Program-made: the position numbers and the translations under genes | Source of the DNA: an uncultured delta proteobacterium | GTDB lineage: Bacteria; Myxococcota_A; Polyangia; Polyangiales; Polyangiaceae | DNA length: 64,000 nt | NCBI GenBank assembly: GCA_963850305.1 | Contig: CAWKKR010000008.1 | Span: 832,001 to 896,000 of the forward strand | Direction: 5' to 3' | Notes under the pieces: model-generated | Told to the model about the DNA's origin: nothing | Seen by the model: the letters and a program-made list of their open reading frames with translations, nothing else | The model's database searches: none | In this document: positions 1-11,600 of the stretch, piece by piece | Position numbering within the stretch: the stretch's first letter is position 1 | Layout: every line of letters starts with the position of its first letter

Positions 1-48
1 CCGAGCTTCATGCTTCGGGGAAGGCGCTCTCGCCGATGGGCATCTACT
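1..48 (-). mobile_element. Non-coding (left) end of a second IS110 copy; the rest lies upstream of the window
   Basis: Positions 1-48 are identical to 34303-34350, the end of the IS110 at 32851-34351. The sequences diverge right after CTACT. Confidence 0.9.
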
Positions 49-793
49 GACAGATGGCGTAGTCCGGCGACAAGGTCGGGGTACCGAGGCACCGTCCACC
101 GTTGGGGCACGTGTTCGCCTGGGGATGACAGGCGATCGCCCTGCCGGAACCGCACGCGGCCGCCGGGACGCAGTCGAAGCTGGTATAGAAAGGGACGATC
201 ACGAGGGTCTGCGCCGTGCCGCAGCAGACATCGCCATTGGCGCAGTCTTCCGGACCGTCGCAGTGCGCCGCGGTGAAGGGAAAACCGCAGGGCGCTCCCG
301 CGGCGAGGCACGTCGCTGTGACCTGCTCGGTGGTCGTACCGGTTCCCGACGACGACGTCGACGAAACGGACACGCAGCAATCGCCTCCCTGATCCGTTTC
401 ACACGTCGATCCGTTGCACGCGACGCTCGCGCCCTGAACCGGCGGTTCGATCGCACTGCCCCCCGCGCCCGGGCTCCCGCCGCCCGTCACGCCACCGTTG
501 CCGAAACTACCCGCGTCGAAGGCGCCGTCACCCACTCCGCCGGTAGAGTCCGCGCCCCCGAACCCGTCCACTCCGCCGCTCTCGGCGAGGCCTCCGCCCT
601 GCGCGATTGAACCGCCCTCGGCCGTGAAGCCAACCGTGCCTCCGGTGAGGCCGCCCGATCCGCTCGAGCTCGTCCTGCTCCCTGCGCCGGCCGAAGCACC
701 GGCCCCCGAGAAGAGGCCCTGCGTGGAACTACCGCCACACGCACAGAGGACCGATCCCGTGAGGACGACGCGGAGAAAAGAATCGAAGCCCAC
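44..793 (-). CDS. Gly/Cys-rich secreted lipoprotein, hypothetical
   Basis: Part of ORF 44..1027. Probable GTG start at 793, lipobox-like LCAC, Gly/Ser linker and Cys-rich C-terminus (CC..CDGPEDC..CC). Its TAG stop abuts the IS end. Confidence 0.7.
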   Translation of the reverse strand: MGFDSFLRVVLTGSVLCACGGSSTQGLFSGAGASAGAGSRTSSSGSGGLTGGTVGFTAEGGSIAQGGGLAESGGVDGFGGADSTGGVGDGAFDAGSFGNGGVTGGGSPGAGGSAIEPPVQGASVACNGSTCETDQGGDCCVSVSSTSSSGTGTTTEQVTATCLAAGAPCGFPFTAAHCDGPEDCANGDVCCGTAQTLVIVPFYTSFDCVPAAACGSGRAIACHPQANTCPNGGRCLGTPTLSPDYAICQ

Positions 794-1051
794 ATCGAAC
801 CATAACACGCAGACACGGGCGCGGACTCTCCGCCGTGCGCGCGGCGTTGACGAGGCTCGCGGCGTTCTCTCATCGCCTGTTCGCCTACATCGTCGCCGCC
901 CGGCGCTTCGGTCGAACTGACGCGTTCGCCTCAACTGGGGCTTGATGCCACGCGTCGTCGGTCGCGCGGGTGGCTCGGCGCGGCCGCTTGTCCGTTCAAC
1001 CTGGCCTATCGTTCGACGGATCAGCACACCCGAGAGTTATCTCGACCCGAC

Positions 1052-1067
1052 CGGCATTGCTCTTGCA
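1052..1067 (+). promoter_or_regulatory. sigma-54 (-24/-12) promoter of dps
   Basis: CGGCATTGCTCTTGCA fits GG-N10-GC with TTGC, about 30 bp upstream of the ATG. Confidence 0.7.
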
Positions 1068-1097
1068 GGCGTGCGACGCGAGATCCATAGGGAGTCA

Positions 1098-1580
1098 ATG
1101 TACCAAACCAAGAATGACCTACCCGAGTCTTCACGAACGAGATTGGTGGAGCTCCTGAATCTTCGTCTGGCCGATGCGATCGACCTCGGGACGCACTGCA
1201 AACACGCACACTGGAACGTCAAGGGCCCCGGATTCATCGCGCTGCACGAGCTCTTCGACAAGGTGAACGAGGACGTCGAGGATTACGTGGACCTCATTGC
1301 CGAACGCGCGGTTCAACTCGGCGGCGTGGCCGACGGCACCGCGAGGTCCGTGGTAAAGCGCTCGACCCTGCGTGACTATCCGCGGGAAGCGGCGGCGGGA
1401 CGGGATCACGTCGAGGCGCTGTCGGCTAGCCTCGCCGCTTTCGCGAAGCTCGTGCGCCAGGCCACCAACACGGCGTCGGAACTTTCCGACCAGGACACGG
1501 CGGATCTCTTCACCGAGGTGAGCCGCGGCGTGGACAAGTGGCTGTGGATGGTGGAAGCCCACCTGCAGTCCGAACGATGA
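1098..1580 (+). CDS. dps: DNA starvation/stationary phase protection protein Dps
   Basis: MYQTKNDL..., ferroxidase motifs KHAHWNVKG, LHELFD, DLIAER and KWLWMVEAH; GGAG Shine-Dalgarno. Confidence 0.95.
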   Translation: MYQTKNDLPESSRTRLVELLNLRLADAIDLGTHCKHAHWNVKGPGFIALHELFDKVNEDVEDYVDLIAERAVQLGGVADGTARSVVKRSTLRDYPREAAAGRDHVEALSASLAAFAKLVRQATNTASELSDQDTADLFTEVSRGVDKWLWMVEAHLQSER

Positions 1581-1619
1581 CCAGCTAATTTCCGCAGCAG
1601 AAAACCGCGAGATGGGCCG

Positions 1620-3089
1620 ATGGACGGGTGCACGGAGGCAATCCGAGAAACGAAGAGTGCGGTCGAGCCCCTGACGGAAGGTTCCGCTGCGCCGGCCCGA
1701 TCGCTCGGTGAGCGAATGCGTACGTGGGAACGCGCCCGGATCCTCGTCATCGACGACGACCAGACGAATTGCGAGATGCTCGAGTTCGCGCTCAAGCGCG
1801 AGCACCGAGTCACGTGGCGAACCTCGGCGCACTCGGCGCTGGAGCTGTTCGCGACCGAGGACTTCGACGTCGTGCTCACGGATCTCAACATGGCCGAGCT
1901 CGGCGGCATCGAGCTCTGTCAGCGCGCGACGGAGATGCGGCCCGACGTCCCCGTCGTGGTCATCACCGGGAACGGGACGATGATCGCGGCGATCGCTGCC
2001 ATCCGCGCCGGCGCCTACGATTTCGTCAACAAGCCAGTCGACGGCGAAAGACTGCGCGTGACCGTCCGCCGTGCGTTCCGTCTTCGCCGCCTGCGCGACG
2101 AGGTGAAGCGGCTGCGCCTCGACGCGTGTACGGCGCCCGCTTTCGAGGAAATGCTCGGGACGAGCGACGCGATGAAGCACGTCTTCGAGCTCGTTAGCCG
2201 CGTCGCACGCTCGGACGCGACGGTGCTGATCGAGGGCGAGAGCGGCACCGGCAAGGAGCTCGTGGCCCGCGCGGTTCACGCCCAGAGCTCGCGCCGCGAC
2301 CAGCCGTTCCTTGCCATCAACTGCGCGGCAATGACGCCGTCGCTGCTCGAGAGCGAACTCTTCGGGCACGCACGGGGAGCGTTCACGGACGCGAAGACCG
2401 CCCACGCCGGGCTCTTCGAGCAAGCCTCGGGAGGCACTCTCTTCCTCGACGAGATTGGCGAGCTGCCCCTCGAGATGCAGCCGAAGCTCCTGCGAGCCCT
2501 CCAGGAGCACCGGGTGCGCCCGGTGGGGGCGAATCATGAAGTGCCGTTCGACGCCCGGATCGTCGCTGCCACGAACCGGCATCTCGAGCGCGACGTGTCT
2601 GCAGGGCGCTTTCGCGCGGACCTTTACTACCGCATCAACGTCGTCGCCGTCACCCTGCCGCCGTTGCGCGAACGCCCGGGAGACATTCTCGCGCTCGCCC
2701 AGCACTTCGTCGAACGCGCCGTCGCTCGCTCCGGCAGCCGCGTCGCCGGCATCGACGCGTCGACGGCGGAGAAGCTCTGCAGCTACGACTGGCCCGGCAA
2801 CGTGCGCGAGCTGGAGAACTGCATGGAACGCGCGGTGGCGCTCGCCCGTTTCGACACAATCACCGTCGACGACCTCGCGGAAAAGATCCGGAACTATCGC
2901 TCGGACCGCATCGTCATCGCCGCCGACAATCTGTCCGAGCTCGTGACGATGAGCGAGCTCGAGAGTCAATACTTCGCCCGTGTATTGACCCTCGTCGGCG
3001 GGAACAAATCGCGCGCCGCAAAGATACTCGGCGTTCACCGGCGCACCCTGTACCGAAAAGCCGAGAGCACCAGGACCCGCGGGCTTTGA
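1620..3089 (+). CDS. Sigma-54-dependent response regulator (NtrC family)
   Basis: Receiver domain (ILVIDDD, TDLNM), Walker A GESGTGKE, GAFTDA loop, WPGNVRELEN and a Fis-type HTH. The start may be 1716. Confidence 0.95.
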   Translation: MDGCTEAIRETKSAVEPLTEGSAAPARSLGERMRTWERARILVIDDDQTNCEMLEFALKREHRVTWRTSAHSALELFATEDFDVVLTDLNMAELGGIELCQRATEMRPDVPVVVITGNGTMIAAIAAIRAGAYDFVNKPVDGERLRVTVRRAFRLRRLRDEVKRLRLDACTAPAFEEMLGTSDAMKHVFELVSRVARSDATVLIEGESGTGKELVARAVHAQSSRRDQPFLAINCAAMTPSLLESELFGHARGAFTDAKTAHAGLFEQASGGTLFLDEIGELPLEMQPKLLRALQEHRVRPVGANHEVPFDARIVAATNRHLERDVSAGRFRADLYYRINVVAVTLPPLRERPGDILALAQHFVERAVARSGSRVAGIDASTAEKLCSYDWPGNVRELENCMERAVALARFDTITVDDLAEKIRNYRSDRIVIAADNLSELVTMSELESQYFARVLTLVGGNKSRAAKILGVHRRTLYRKAESTRTRGL

Positions 3090-3146
3090 GGCGTGCGCCA
3101 TCTCGGCGCTCTCCGCCCCACCGCCCTTGGTGTACGCTCGGCAGCA

Positions 3147-4358
3147 ATGGACTTCGAACACTCCGCTCGGGCTCAGGATTTCATCGAACGAGTGCGGCGC
3201 TTCATCGACGAGCGCGTCCTGCCGAACGAAGGGACGTACGAAGCCGAGCTCGTGCGCTCGAACGACTTCAGGGAATGGCGAATCCCTCCCATCATGGAGA
3301 CCCTGAAGGCCGAGGCGAAGACACAGGGGCTCTGGAACCTGTTCCTTCCAGATCCGGCCGACGGTGCCGGCCTCGACAATCGGGATTATGCGCCGCTCGC
3401 GGAGCTCATGGGCAAGAGCTTCATCGCCCCGGAGGTCTTCAACTGCAACGCGCCTGATTCGGGAAACGCCGAAGTTCTGCACCGCTACGGCTCCGACGAA
3501 CAGAAGGAGCGATGGCTCCGCCCGCTGCTCGACGGCAAGATCCGCTCGGGCTTCGCGATGACGGAGCCGGCCGTCGCCTCGTCGGACGCGACGAACATGC
3601 AGGCGACCTGCGTCGTGGAGCGGAACGAGGTCGTCCTGAACGGTCACAAGTGGTGGACGAGCGGCGCCGGCGATCCGCGCTGTCGTTTTCTGATCTTCAT
3701 GGGCGTCACCGATCCCGATGCGGAAGATCGTCATCGGCGTCACTCCATGGTGCTCGTCCCCATGGACGCGCCCGGCCTCCGGATCGTGCGCATGGTCCCC
3801 GTCTTCGGACACCTCGACGAACCGCACGGCCACGCGGAGATCTTGTTCGAGAACGTGCGCGTTCCGCTCGGAAACGTCGTCGCAGGACCGGGCCGCGGCT
3901 TCGAGATCGCCCAGGGCCGGCTCGGGCCGGGCCGCATTCATCACTGCATGCGCGCCATCGGTGCAGCGGAGAAGGCGTTCGACCTCATGTGCAAGCGCGC
4001 CACGTCGCGCGTGGCGTTCGGTAAGCCGCTCGTCAACCTCGGCGGCAATCGCGACATCATCGCCAACTGCCGCATGGCGATCGATCAGGCGCGGCTCCTC
4101 ACCCTGAAGGCTGCGTGGTTGCTCGACACGCAGGGCCTCATGGGCGCCATCAACACCGTGTCGCAGATCAAAGTCGTCGCGCCCAACGTGCTCCAGACCG
4201 TGACGGACGCCGCGATCCAGATGCACGGTGGTCAGGGCGTCGCGGATCGGGACCTCAACATGCTCATGGGCATGGCGCGCGTGCTCCGCATCGCCGACGG
4301 ACCGGATGAGGTCCACCGCGGTCTCGTCGCAAAGTTCGAGCTCATGAAGTATCGCTGA
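3147..4358 (+). CDS. Acyl-CoA dehydrogenase
   Basis: [33 protein letters not shown] and [10 protein letters not shown] motifs. Confidence 0.95.
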   Translation: MDFEHSARAQDFIERVRRFIDERVLPNEGTYEAELVRSNDFREWRIPPIMETLKAEAKTQGLWNLFLPDPADGAGLDNRDYAPLAELMGKSFIAPEVFNCNAPDSGNAEVLHRYGSDEQKERWLRPLLDGKIRSGFAMTEPAVASSDATNMQATCVVERNEVVLNGHKWWTSGAGDPRCRFLIFMGVTDPDAEDRHRRHSMVLVPMDAPGLRIVRMVPVFGHLDEPHGHAEILFENVRVPLGNVVAGPGRGFEIAQGRLGPGRIHHCMRAIGAAEKAFDLMCKRATSRVAFGKPLVNLGGNRDIIANCRMAIDQARLLTLKAAWLLDTQGLMGAINTVSQIKVVAPNVLQTVTDAAIQMHGGQGVADRDLNMLMGMARVLRIADGPDEVHRGLVAKFELMKYR

Positions 4359-4361
4359 CTT

Positions 4362-5672
4362 ATGCTCCCGGGATCGATGAGACGCCCGATAGCGTGTTCC
4401 TTGCTCTGTCTGCTGGCGGTCGGTCCAGGCTGCGCCTCGAGTGACTGGTGGTATTCGAGTGACGGCCGGGACGCCGGAAATGAGGATGCCAGAGCATTGG
4501 GTCGCGGCGGATTCGAAGACGGCGGGGCCAAGCAAGGCGGCGGAGCTTCGACTCGTGACGGCGGCAGCTCCTCGGACCGAGACGGCGGCGCGTGCGTGAC
4601 ACCGCCGTCGGTCAACGTGGACGCGACCCAGTGGGACTTCGACGCGTCACCGACGTGGAACTGCTCGGCAGCCGGCACGACGACCATCGATTCTGCGGCG
4701 GGTACCGTCACGAGCACGAGCTGCAGCTTGGGTGCGCTCGACGTGTCGAACGGCGTGGCGCAACTCGATACGACGGGGTCACCCGTCATGGTCGTGCGTC
4801 TGCGCGGGCTCACCGTCAGCGGCGGCCATGTGTTCAAGATCGTCGGCGACAAGCCCGTCGTCTTTCTCGTCGCGGGCGACGTGTTGATCGACACGGGCGG
4901 CACCCTGGACGCCGGTGCGGCGGGGACGACCGCGGGCGCGGGCGGCGACCTCGCCGCACAGTGCACGACGTCCGCAGGTGCGGCCGCGACGGCCACGACG
5001 AATGGCGGCGGCGGTGGCGGCTTCGGCACGCCCGGCGGCTTCGGCGCGAACCTCACGGGCGCGAGCGACGCAGCGGGTGGCGTCGCGAGCTCGGACACGG
5101 ATCTCGTTCCCCTCCGCGGCGGTTGCCCCGGAGGCACGGGAGGCAGCGGCGCGGGCGCGGCGGGAGCAGGAGGCGGCGCGTTCGAGATCAGCGCTTCCGG
5201 GGCGATCACCATCGGCACTGGCTCGAACCCTGCGGTCCTGAGCGCCGCCGGTGGCGGTTCACCTGCGGTCATGAAAGGCCAGAACGTCGGGAGCGGAGGC
5301 GGCGGAAGCGGCGGCGGCATTCTCCTCGTGTCGCCCGTCCCGGCTGTCTTCGGCAGCGGAGGTGCTGCGCGAGCGCACGGCGGCGCGACGGGCGCGTCGC
5401 AGGGTTGCGCGTGCGCGCCAAACAAGACCGCAAACGACGGTGCCGACGGGCACTCCGCCGACGACACCGCGGCCGCAGGCGGCAAGTCGATCGACGTCAA
5501 TGCCGCCACTGGTGCGAACGGCGGCCAATGTTCGGGAGTGCTGTGTCAGACGTCCTCGGCGAGCGGCGCGAACGGAACCGCCGCCCGCGTCCCGGCGAGC
5601 GCGTCGGGTGGAGGTGGCGGCGGCGGCAGGATCGTCGTGACCACGATGCCCGCATCGTCCGCGTGCAAGTGA
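4362..5672 (+). CDS. Gly-rich secreted protein/lipoprotein, hypothetical
   Basis: Signal peptide ending GPGC; GGGGG.GG.I repeats and PLRGGCPGG. Confidence 0.75.
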   Translation: MLPGSMRRPIACSLLCLLAVGPGCASSDWWYSSDGRDAGNEDARALGRGGFEDGGAKQGGGASTRDGGSSSDRDGGACVTPPSVNVDATQWDFDASPTWNCSAAGTTTIDSAAGTVTSTSCSLGALDVSNGVAQLDTTGSPVMVVRLRGLTVSGGHVFKIVGDKPVVFLVAGDVLIDTGGTLDAGAAGTTAGAGGDLAAQCTTSAGAAATATTNGGGGGGFGTPGGFGANLTGASDAAGGVASSDTDLVPLRGGCPGGTGGSGAGAAGAGGGAFEISASGAITIGTGSNPAVLSAAGGGSPAVMKGQNVGSGGGGSGGGILLVSPVPAVFGSGGAARAHGGATGASQGCACAPNKTANDGADGHSADDTAAAGGKSIDVNAATGANGGQCSGVLCQTSSASGANGTAARVPASASGGGGGGGRIVVTTMPASSACK

Positions 5673-5799
5673 GGGCGCGCTTGCCCGATCACCTGGCTCG
5701 TGCGACAAACGCGGGGAATCTTGCGCCGACGCTCCAAACCATGGCGATGGCCATCGCGACAGGAACAGAATCGCAGAATTCATCGAAGAAGACTGATAA

Positions 5800-5873
5800 G
5801 CGCCCCTAGCTCAGCTGGATAGAGCATCGGACTTCGAATCCGCAGGTCGCAAGTTCGAATCTTGCGGGGCGCG
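5800..5873 (+). tRNA. tRNA-Arg(TCG)
   Basis: Acceptor stem GCGCCCC/GGGGCGC, D-arm TAGCTCAGCTGGATAGAGC, anticodon loop CTTCGAA, T-loop GTTCGAATC. No encoded CCA. Confidence 0.95.
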
Positions 5874-5922
5874 CCGCAGAGAACATGCTGGATTCGTGAT
5901 CCAGACGATCGGCCAGAAAGGG

Positions 5923-5946
5923 GTGCGGGTACCTGTGCGGGTACCT
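5923..5946. repeat. Tandem 12-bp direct repeat GTGCGGGTACCT x2
   Basis: Exact tandem duplication 50 bp downstream of the tRNA. Confidence 0.8.
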
Positions 5947-6153
5947 CGATTTGGGGAAATGCCGTCGCCGAAGAGGGGGGCTCTTGTCACTTGGCGGTGG
6001 GTCGCCAGCGAAATCTGTTCAGGCGTGCAATTGCGCCACGAAACTCCCGAATGCCTGACTCCGCAGCAAGGGTGGGATGAGTCCGGGACCTCGAGTTCGG
6101 GGCGCTTCAGAGCGCTGAACCCCGCTGTGCCGGCTACCTCGGTCATCCTTCCT

Positions 6154-6452
6154 TCAAAATCCCCGGCGCTCCCCTTCACTGCACCCCACAGTGCAACGAT
6201 CATGACGACGCGCTCGCTCTCGTCGACCTCGTAGTACACGTGGTTTCTCGTCCTCTCCATGAGCAGCCGGCGCACGGCAACTCCACCGCGATGGATGAAG
6301 AGCAGCCCGAGGTCCGGCTTTTCGGCAAGCCGTCGCTGGGTATCGCGCAGCTCCTCCGCGAAGAGGGTCGTGGCATCGTGACGATTCGCGCGCCACCAAG
6401 CGTCCATCTTCCGCGCCTGACGCTGCGCAGGCTTGGCGAGCCGAACCTTCAC
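6154..6452 (-). CDS. RelE/ParE-family toxin; native stop apparently lost by a 1-nt indel
   Basis: MKVRLAKPAQRQ..WWRANR..RRLLM.RTRNHVYY..IVALWGA, with a GTGA overlap to the upstream antitoxin. As sequenced the ORF runs on to 5811 antisense to the tRNA. One extra T in GATTTTGA would restore a TGA near 6154. Confidence 0.75.
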
Positions 6453-6688
6453 GCCCGAGCCAGAAGCTCGGCCACGAACTCCTCGGCATCCACGTGCTCG
6501 CCGCGTCTGGCTGCACTCTGGCCTGCGTCGATGGCTCTGAGTATCCTCTCTCGCTCCTCTGGTTCGAGATCTGGATCATCTCCGCTGACGGGCACGATGT
6601 GGAGCACAGTTCCGTCGGGCAGGACCATCGGTTCGTCCACGACGATGCGGCCGTTTTCGACGTGCGCCTTGAGGGCGTTCATGATCAT
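6449..6688 (-). CDS. Putative antitoxin
   Basis: 79 aa, LKAHVENGRIVVDEP..LPDGT with an acidic C-terminus; translationally coupled to the toxin. Confidence 0.75.
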   Translation of the reverse strand: MIMNALKAHVENGRIVVDEPMVLPDGTVLHIVPVSGDDPDLEPEERERILRAIDAGQSAARRGEHVDAEEFVAELLARA

Positions 6689-7219
6689 TCACGCTAGCAC
6701 CGCTTGCCCTTCGTTGCTCGTCTCCCGGATCCCTCCGCGAAAGTGCGAACGCTGCTACTGCCAAAGATCGAACGGAACCGCGGCAGAAGGCGGGGATCAC
6801 TTCCATCGAAATCGCGCCGAAGAAGCGCCTCAGCCGGACCACCGCGACGATTGGGAGCAACTCAGCGCGAGGTCGCCGCTGCGGAGGTGGCGGCCCGCTC
6901 CCACCCGTAGGCGGCCACGTTCACGAGGACCAGCGAGAAGGGAACGAGGGAGCAGTGCTTCAAGCTGGGGCGGTTCGTTGGACGGTAGTGCCTCGGTCGC
7001 GCTTCACTGTCACCTGCCCTCGCCGCGCATAACCGAAAGCGACATTTACTCGCGTGGCATCAGCGGAAGGCGTCGTGGGGAGGAGCAACTCCAGTAGAGC
7101 CCGACGCGCTCGACCTCGCCGGCCGCCTTGGCCACCTGCTCAGCGGCCATCCCTACTCGCGTCGGGATTCCCAAGTCGTGTCGCCCACCTGGTCACGACG
7201 CCGCACCGTGATGTAGTCG

Positions 7220-7595
7220 TCGATGGAGTGGGCGCGGAGCGCATCGAGCAGCGGCCGGATGCCGCTTCGCCGGATGAACGCCATGACCACGTCGATGCGG
7301 TCCGCGGAGTGGATCTCGGTGAGGAGCTGTCTTCCGACCCTGGGCTCACCGGGTGCGTTCGTGAGGAGCGTCGTGTCGAGCAGCGGGATGAGAGGCTCGG
7401 AGATCTCTTCCGGGCTGCCATCCGGCAGCCTCGACAAAACGGCGCGGAGGACCGCGCCCGGCGTGATCGGCTTTTCCCCGTCCGTCGCTTTGGTGGCGAC
7501 GGCGGCGATCTCATCGACGAGCTGTCTAGCGAGGGCGATCCCCTTTTCGACGCGCTCCTCGGCCTTGAAGGACTCCACTGCGCGTTCCACGACGC
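7220..7595 (-). pseudogene. Fragment of a PLD-nuclease/helicase (DUF3427-like restriction) gene
   Basis: PLIPLLDTTLLTNAPGEP..EIHSADRIDVVMAFIRRSGIRPLLDAL resembles the N-terminal PLD region of these proteins. It ends before the HxK catalytic motif and the helicase. Confidence 0.6.
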
Positions 7596-7760
7596 GACCG
7601 GAGCATGGTGTGCGCGTCCGGCACGAACACGTGTTCGCCCACAACGGCGGGGACCCGTGCCGGACCTCCGGCAACGCGCGCCGTGCCAGCGGAAGCGCTC
7701 ACCGAGCGCTCGGGAAGGCGACACCGACGTCCAGCAACGCGCGTCAAGCGTTGGGAAGGG

Positions 7761-7918
7761 CGGCCCGGGCACGCCGAGCGTCGACACCAGCACCTGGAAC
7801 GGCGGCCCGGACACGCGGAGTCTCGACACCAGCGTCGGGAACAGCGGCCCGGACACCCGGAGCGTCGACACCAGCGTCGGGAACGGCGGCCCGGGCACGC
7901 CGAGCGTCGACACCAGCG
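7761..7918. repeat. 42-bp tandem repeat, about 4 copies
   Basis: CGGCCCGG recurs at 7761, 7803, 7845 and 7887. Confidence 0.85.
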
Positions 7919-7967
7919 CGCAGTAAGGCGAGTAACGTTTCCGGAAGCGCGCGCCGAGCGCTTGGGA

Positions 7968-8202
7968 CGACGCTCCGGATGCTTGAGCCGACGCTCCGGA
8001 TGCTTGAGCCGACGCTCCGGATGCTTGAGCCGACGCTCCGGATGCTGGAGCCGACGTTCCAGGTGCTGGAGCCGACGTTCCAGGTGCTGGAGCCGACGCT
8101 CCGGGTGCTGGAGCCGACGTTCCAGGTGCTGGAGCCGACGCTCCGGATGCTGGAGCCGACGTTCCAGGTGCTGGAGCCGACGCTCCAGGTGCTTGAGCCG
8201 AT
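7968..8202. repeat. 21-bp tandem repeat, about 11 copies
   Basis: Unit GAGCCGACG(C/T)TCC(G/A)G(A/G)TGCT(T/G). Confidence 0.95.
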
Positions 8203-8415
8203 GAGCGACCGGGGATGGGCCGCGCAGTCGTGGGTCGGCGTGCATGAGGACGGGTTCGGAGAGCCCTCCTTGAGGACGCATTCATCGACGTGGCCGTCGT
8301 GGGGGTGGTGCAAGTGTCCCCCGTGCAGGTAGTCGATGTGTCCGTCGTGCTTCAGCGCCGTGTGGCCGCAGTTCGGCCCGTGTACGTGGGAGCAGCCCGC
8401 CGTGAGATCACGCAC
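8203..8415 (-). pseudogene. His-rich putative metal-binding protein, cut off by the repeat array
   Basis: HVHGPNCGHTA..HDGHIDYLHGGHLHHPHDGHVDE..CTP.H.C, after which the frame runs into the 21-bp repeats. Confidence 0.6.
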
Positions 8416-8427
8416 GCAGTGACATTC

Positions 8428-9219
8428 TCAGGAGCAAAAGCTACCCGGATAGCACGTGCCGTGCTCGCACGTCGGCGTCCCGTAGCCACTTCCGGTCTGA
8501 TTGACGCAGTCGGCGTCGTGTGTACAGGCGGGGCCGCATTGCATTTCGTACCGGATGTCGTCGCACGAGGGCACGATCTGCACCCTCTCACAAGGCAATC
8601 CGTTCGGGCAGTCCGCATCCGTCGTGCAGCTCGCTTTCACGCAAGTACCGACAGGATCGCCGCACAAACAGACCGAACCTGGGTCGCACTCGTCGTCGTT
8701 CACGCAACCGTAGTGACAGCTTTCGGTCGGTGAACCTCCGATGCCACCTATACGCTCCGGCACTTCGACGCTGCAGTAGCCATGAGGTGCCCCGGTGCAT
8801 TGGTCGTTAGCGTTGCACTCCCGCGGCACGCCGCTTCCCACGTCAAGAGGGAGAGGCTCGGCCGCGTCCGGCGCACCAATCACCGACCAGCAGTCACTCT
8901 TGGAAGGTCGGTGAACCACTCCTGAGTCGCAGACTTCGAAACCACCGCTTGGGCCCGTGCCGCTTCCGTCGCTCGTCAGCGGCTTCGGGTTCAAGCAAGG
9001 CGCAAGAGGAGGTCCCGCGTCCCCGCCGCTTCCGCTCCCCCCGCTCCCCTGGGTGGCGTTCCCCGGGGCAGCATCCCCGGAGGGAGCACGACCCGCGTCG
9101 TCCGCGGGCCCAGCCGTGTGACGGGTGTCGCCCCCCGTCGTGCCGCCGCATCCAACGATGAGCCCAGAGATGACGAGGCCACTGATCCGAAATGCGAGCG
9201 GCACGAAGTTCCGAAACAT
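8428..9219 (-). CDS. Cys-rich lipoprotein, hypothetical
   Basis: ATG at 9219, lipobox IVGC, repeated C..D.DC motifs. Confidence 0.75.
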   Translation of the reverse strand: MFRNFVPLAFRISGLVISGLIVGCGGTTGGDTRHTAGPADDAGRAPSGDAAPGNATQGSGGSGSGGDAGPPLAPCLNPKPLTSDGSGTGPSGGFEVCDSGVVHRPSKSDCWSVIGAPDAAEPLPLDVGSGVPRECNANDQCTGAPHGYCSVEVPERIGGIGGSPTESCHYGCVNDDECDPGSVCLCGDPVGTCVKASCTTDADCPNGLPCERVQIVPSCDDIRYEMQCGPACTHDADCVNQTGSGYGTPTCEHGTCYPGSFCS

Positions 9220-9266
9220 ACGCGATTGAAATTGAGAAATTAGGCGGTGTAGCGAAGACGGCGTTG

Positions 9267-11468
<2,202 letters not shown>

Positions 11469-11600
11469 CTACACTGCGGGGCTTGCGCCCCGCGATAGGC
11501 GTGCGCGGCCGGGTATATCGGGCGAGCGGATTTGCGTCGAAGCAAGAAGCAGGCCGTTTCTCGAAACCGCACGGGAGCCAACTTGGGCTTCCTCGAGGCC

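Noticed and set aside
1131..4535. 1134-aa minus-strand ORF and similar long antisense ORFs (e.g. 25904..27622, 32880..34355, 51798..53324)
   Set aside because: These are shadow ORFs opposite well-supported genes, typical of high-GC codon bias.
5811..6153. C-terminal extension of the ParE toxin
   Set aside because: It runs antisense through the tRNA and is best explained by a lost stop.
6915..6990. Integron attC site (GTTGGAC fits GTTRRRY)
   Set aside because: I found no matching inverse core RYYYAAC or convincing hairpin, and there is no integrase.
7140..8332. Heptad or coiled-coil proteins from the 21-bp array (e.g. RLQHLER repeats)
   Set aside because: The region is open in five frames with no clear RBS or start, so coding cannot be supported.
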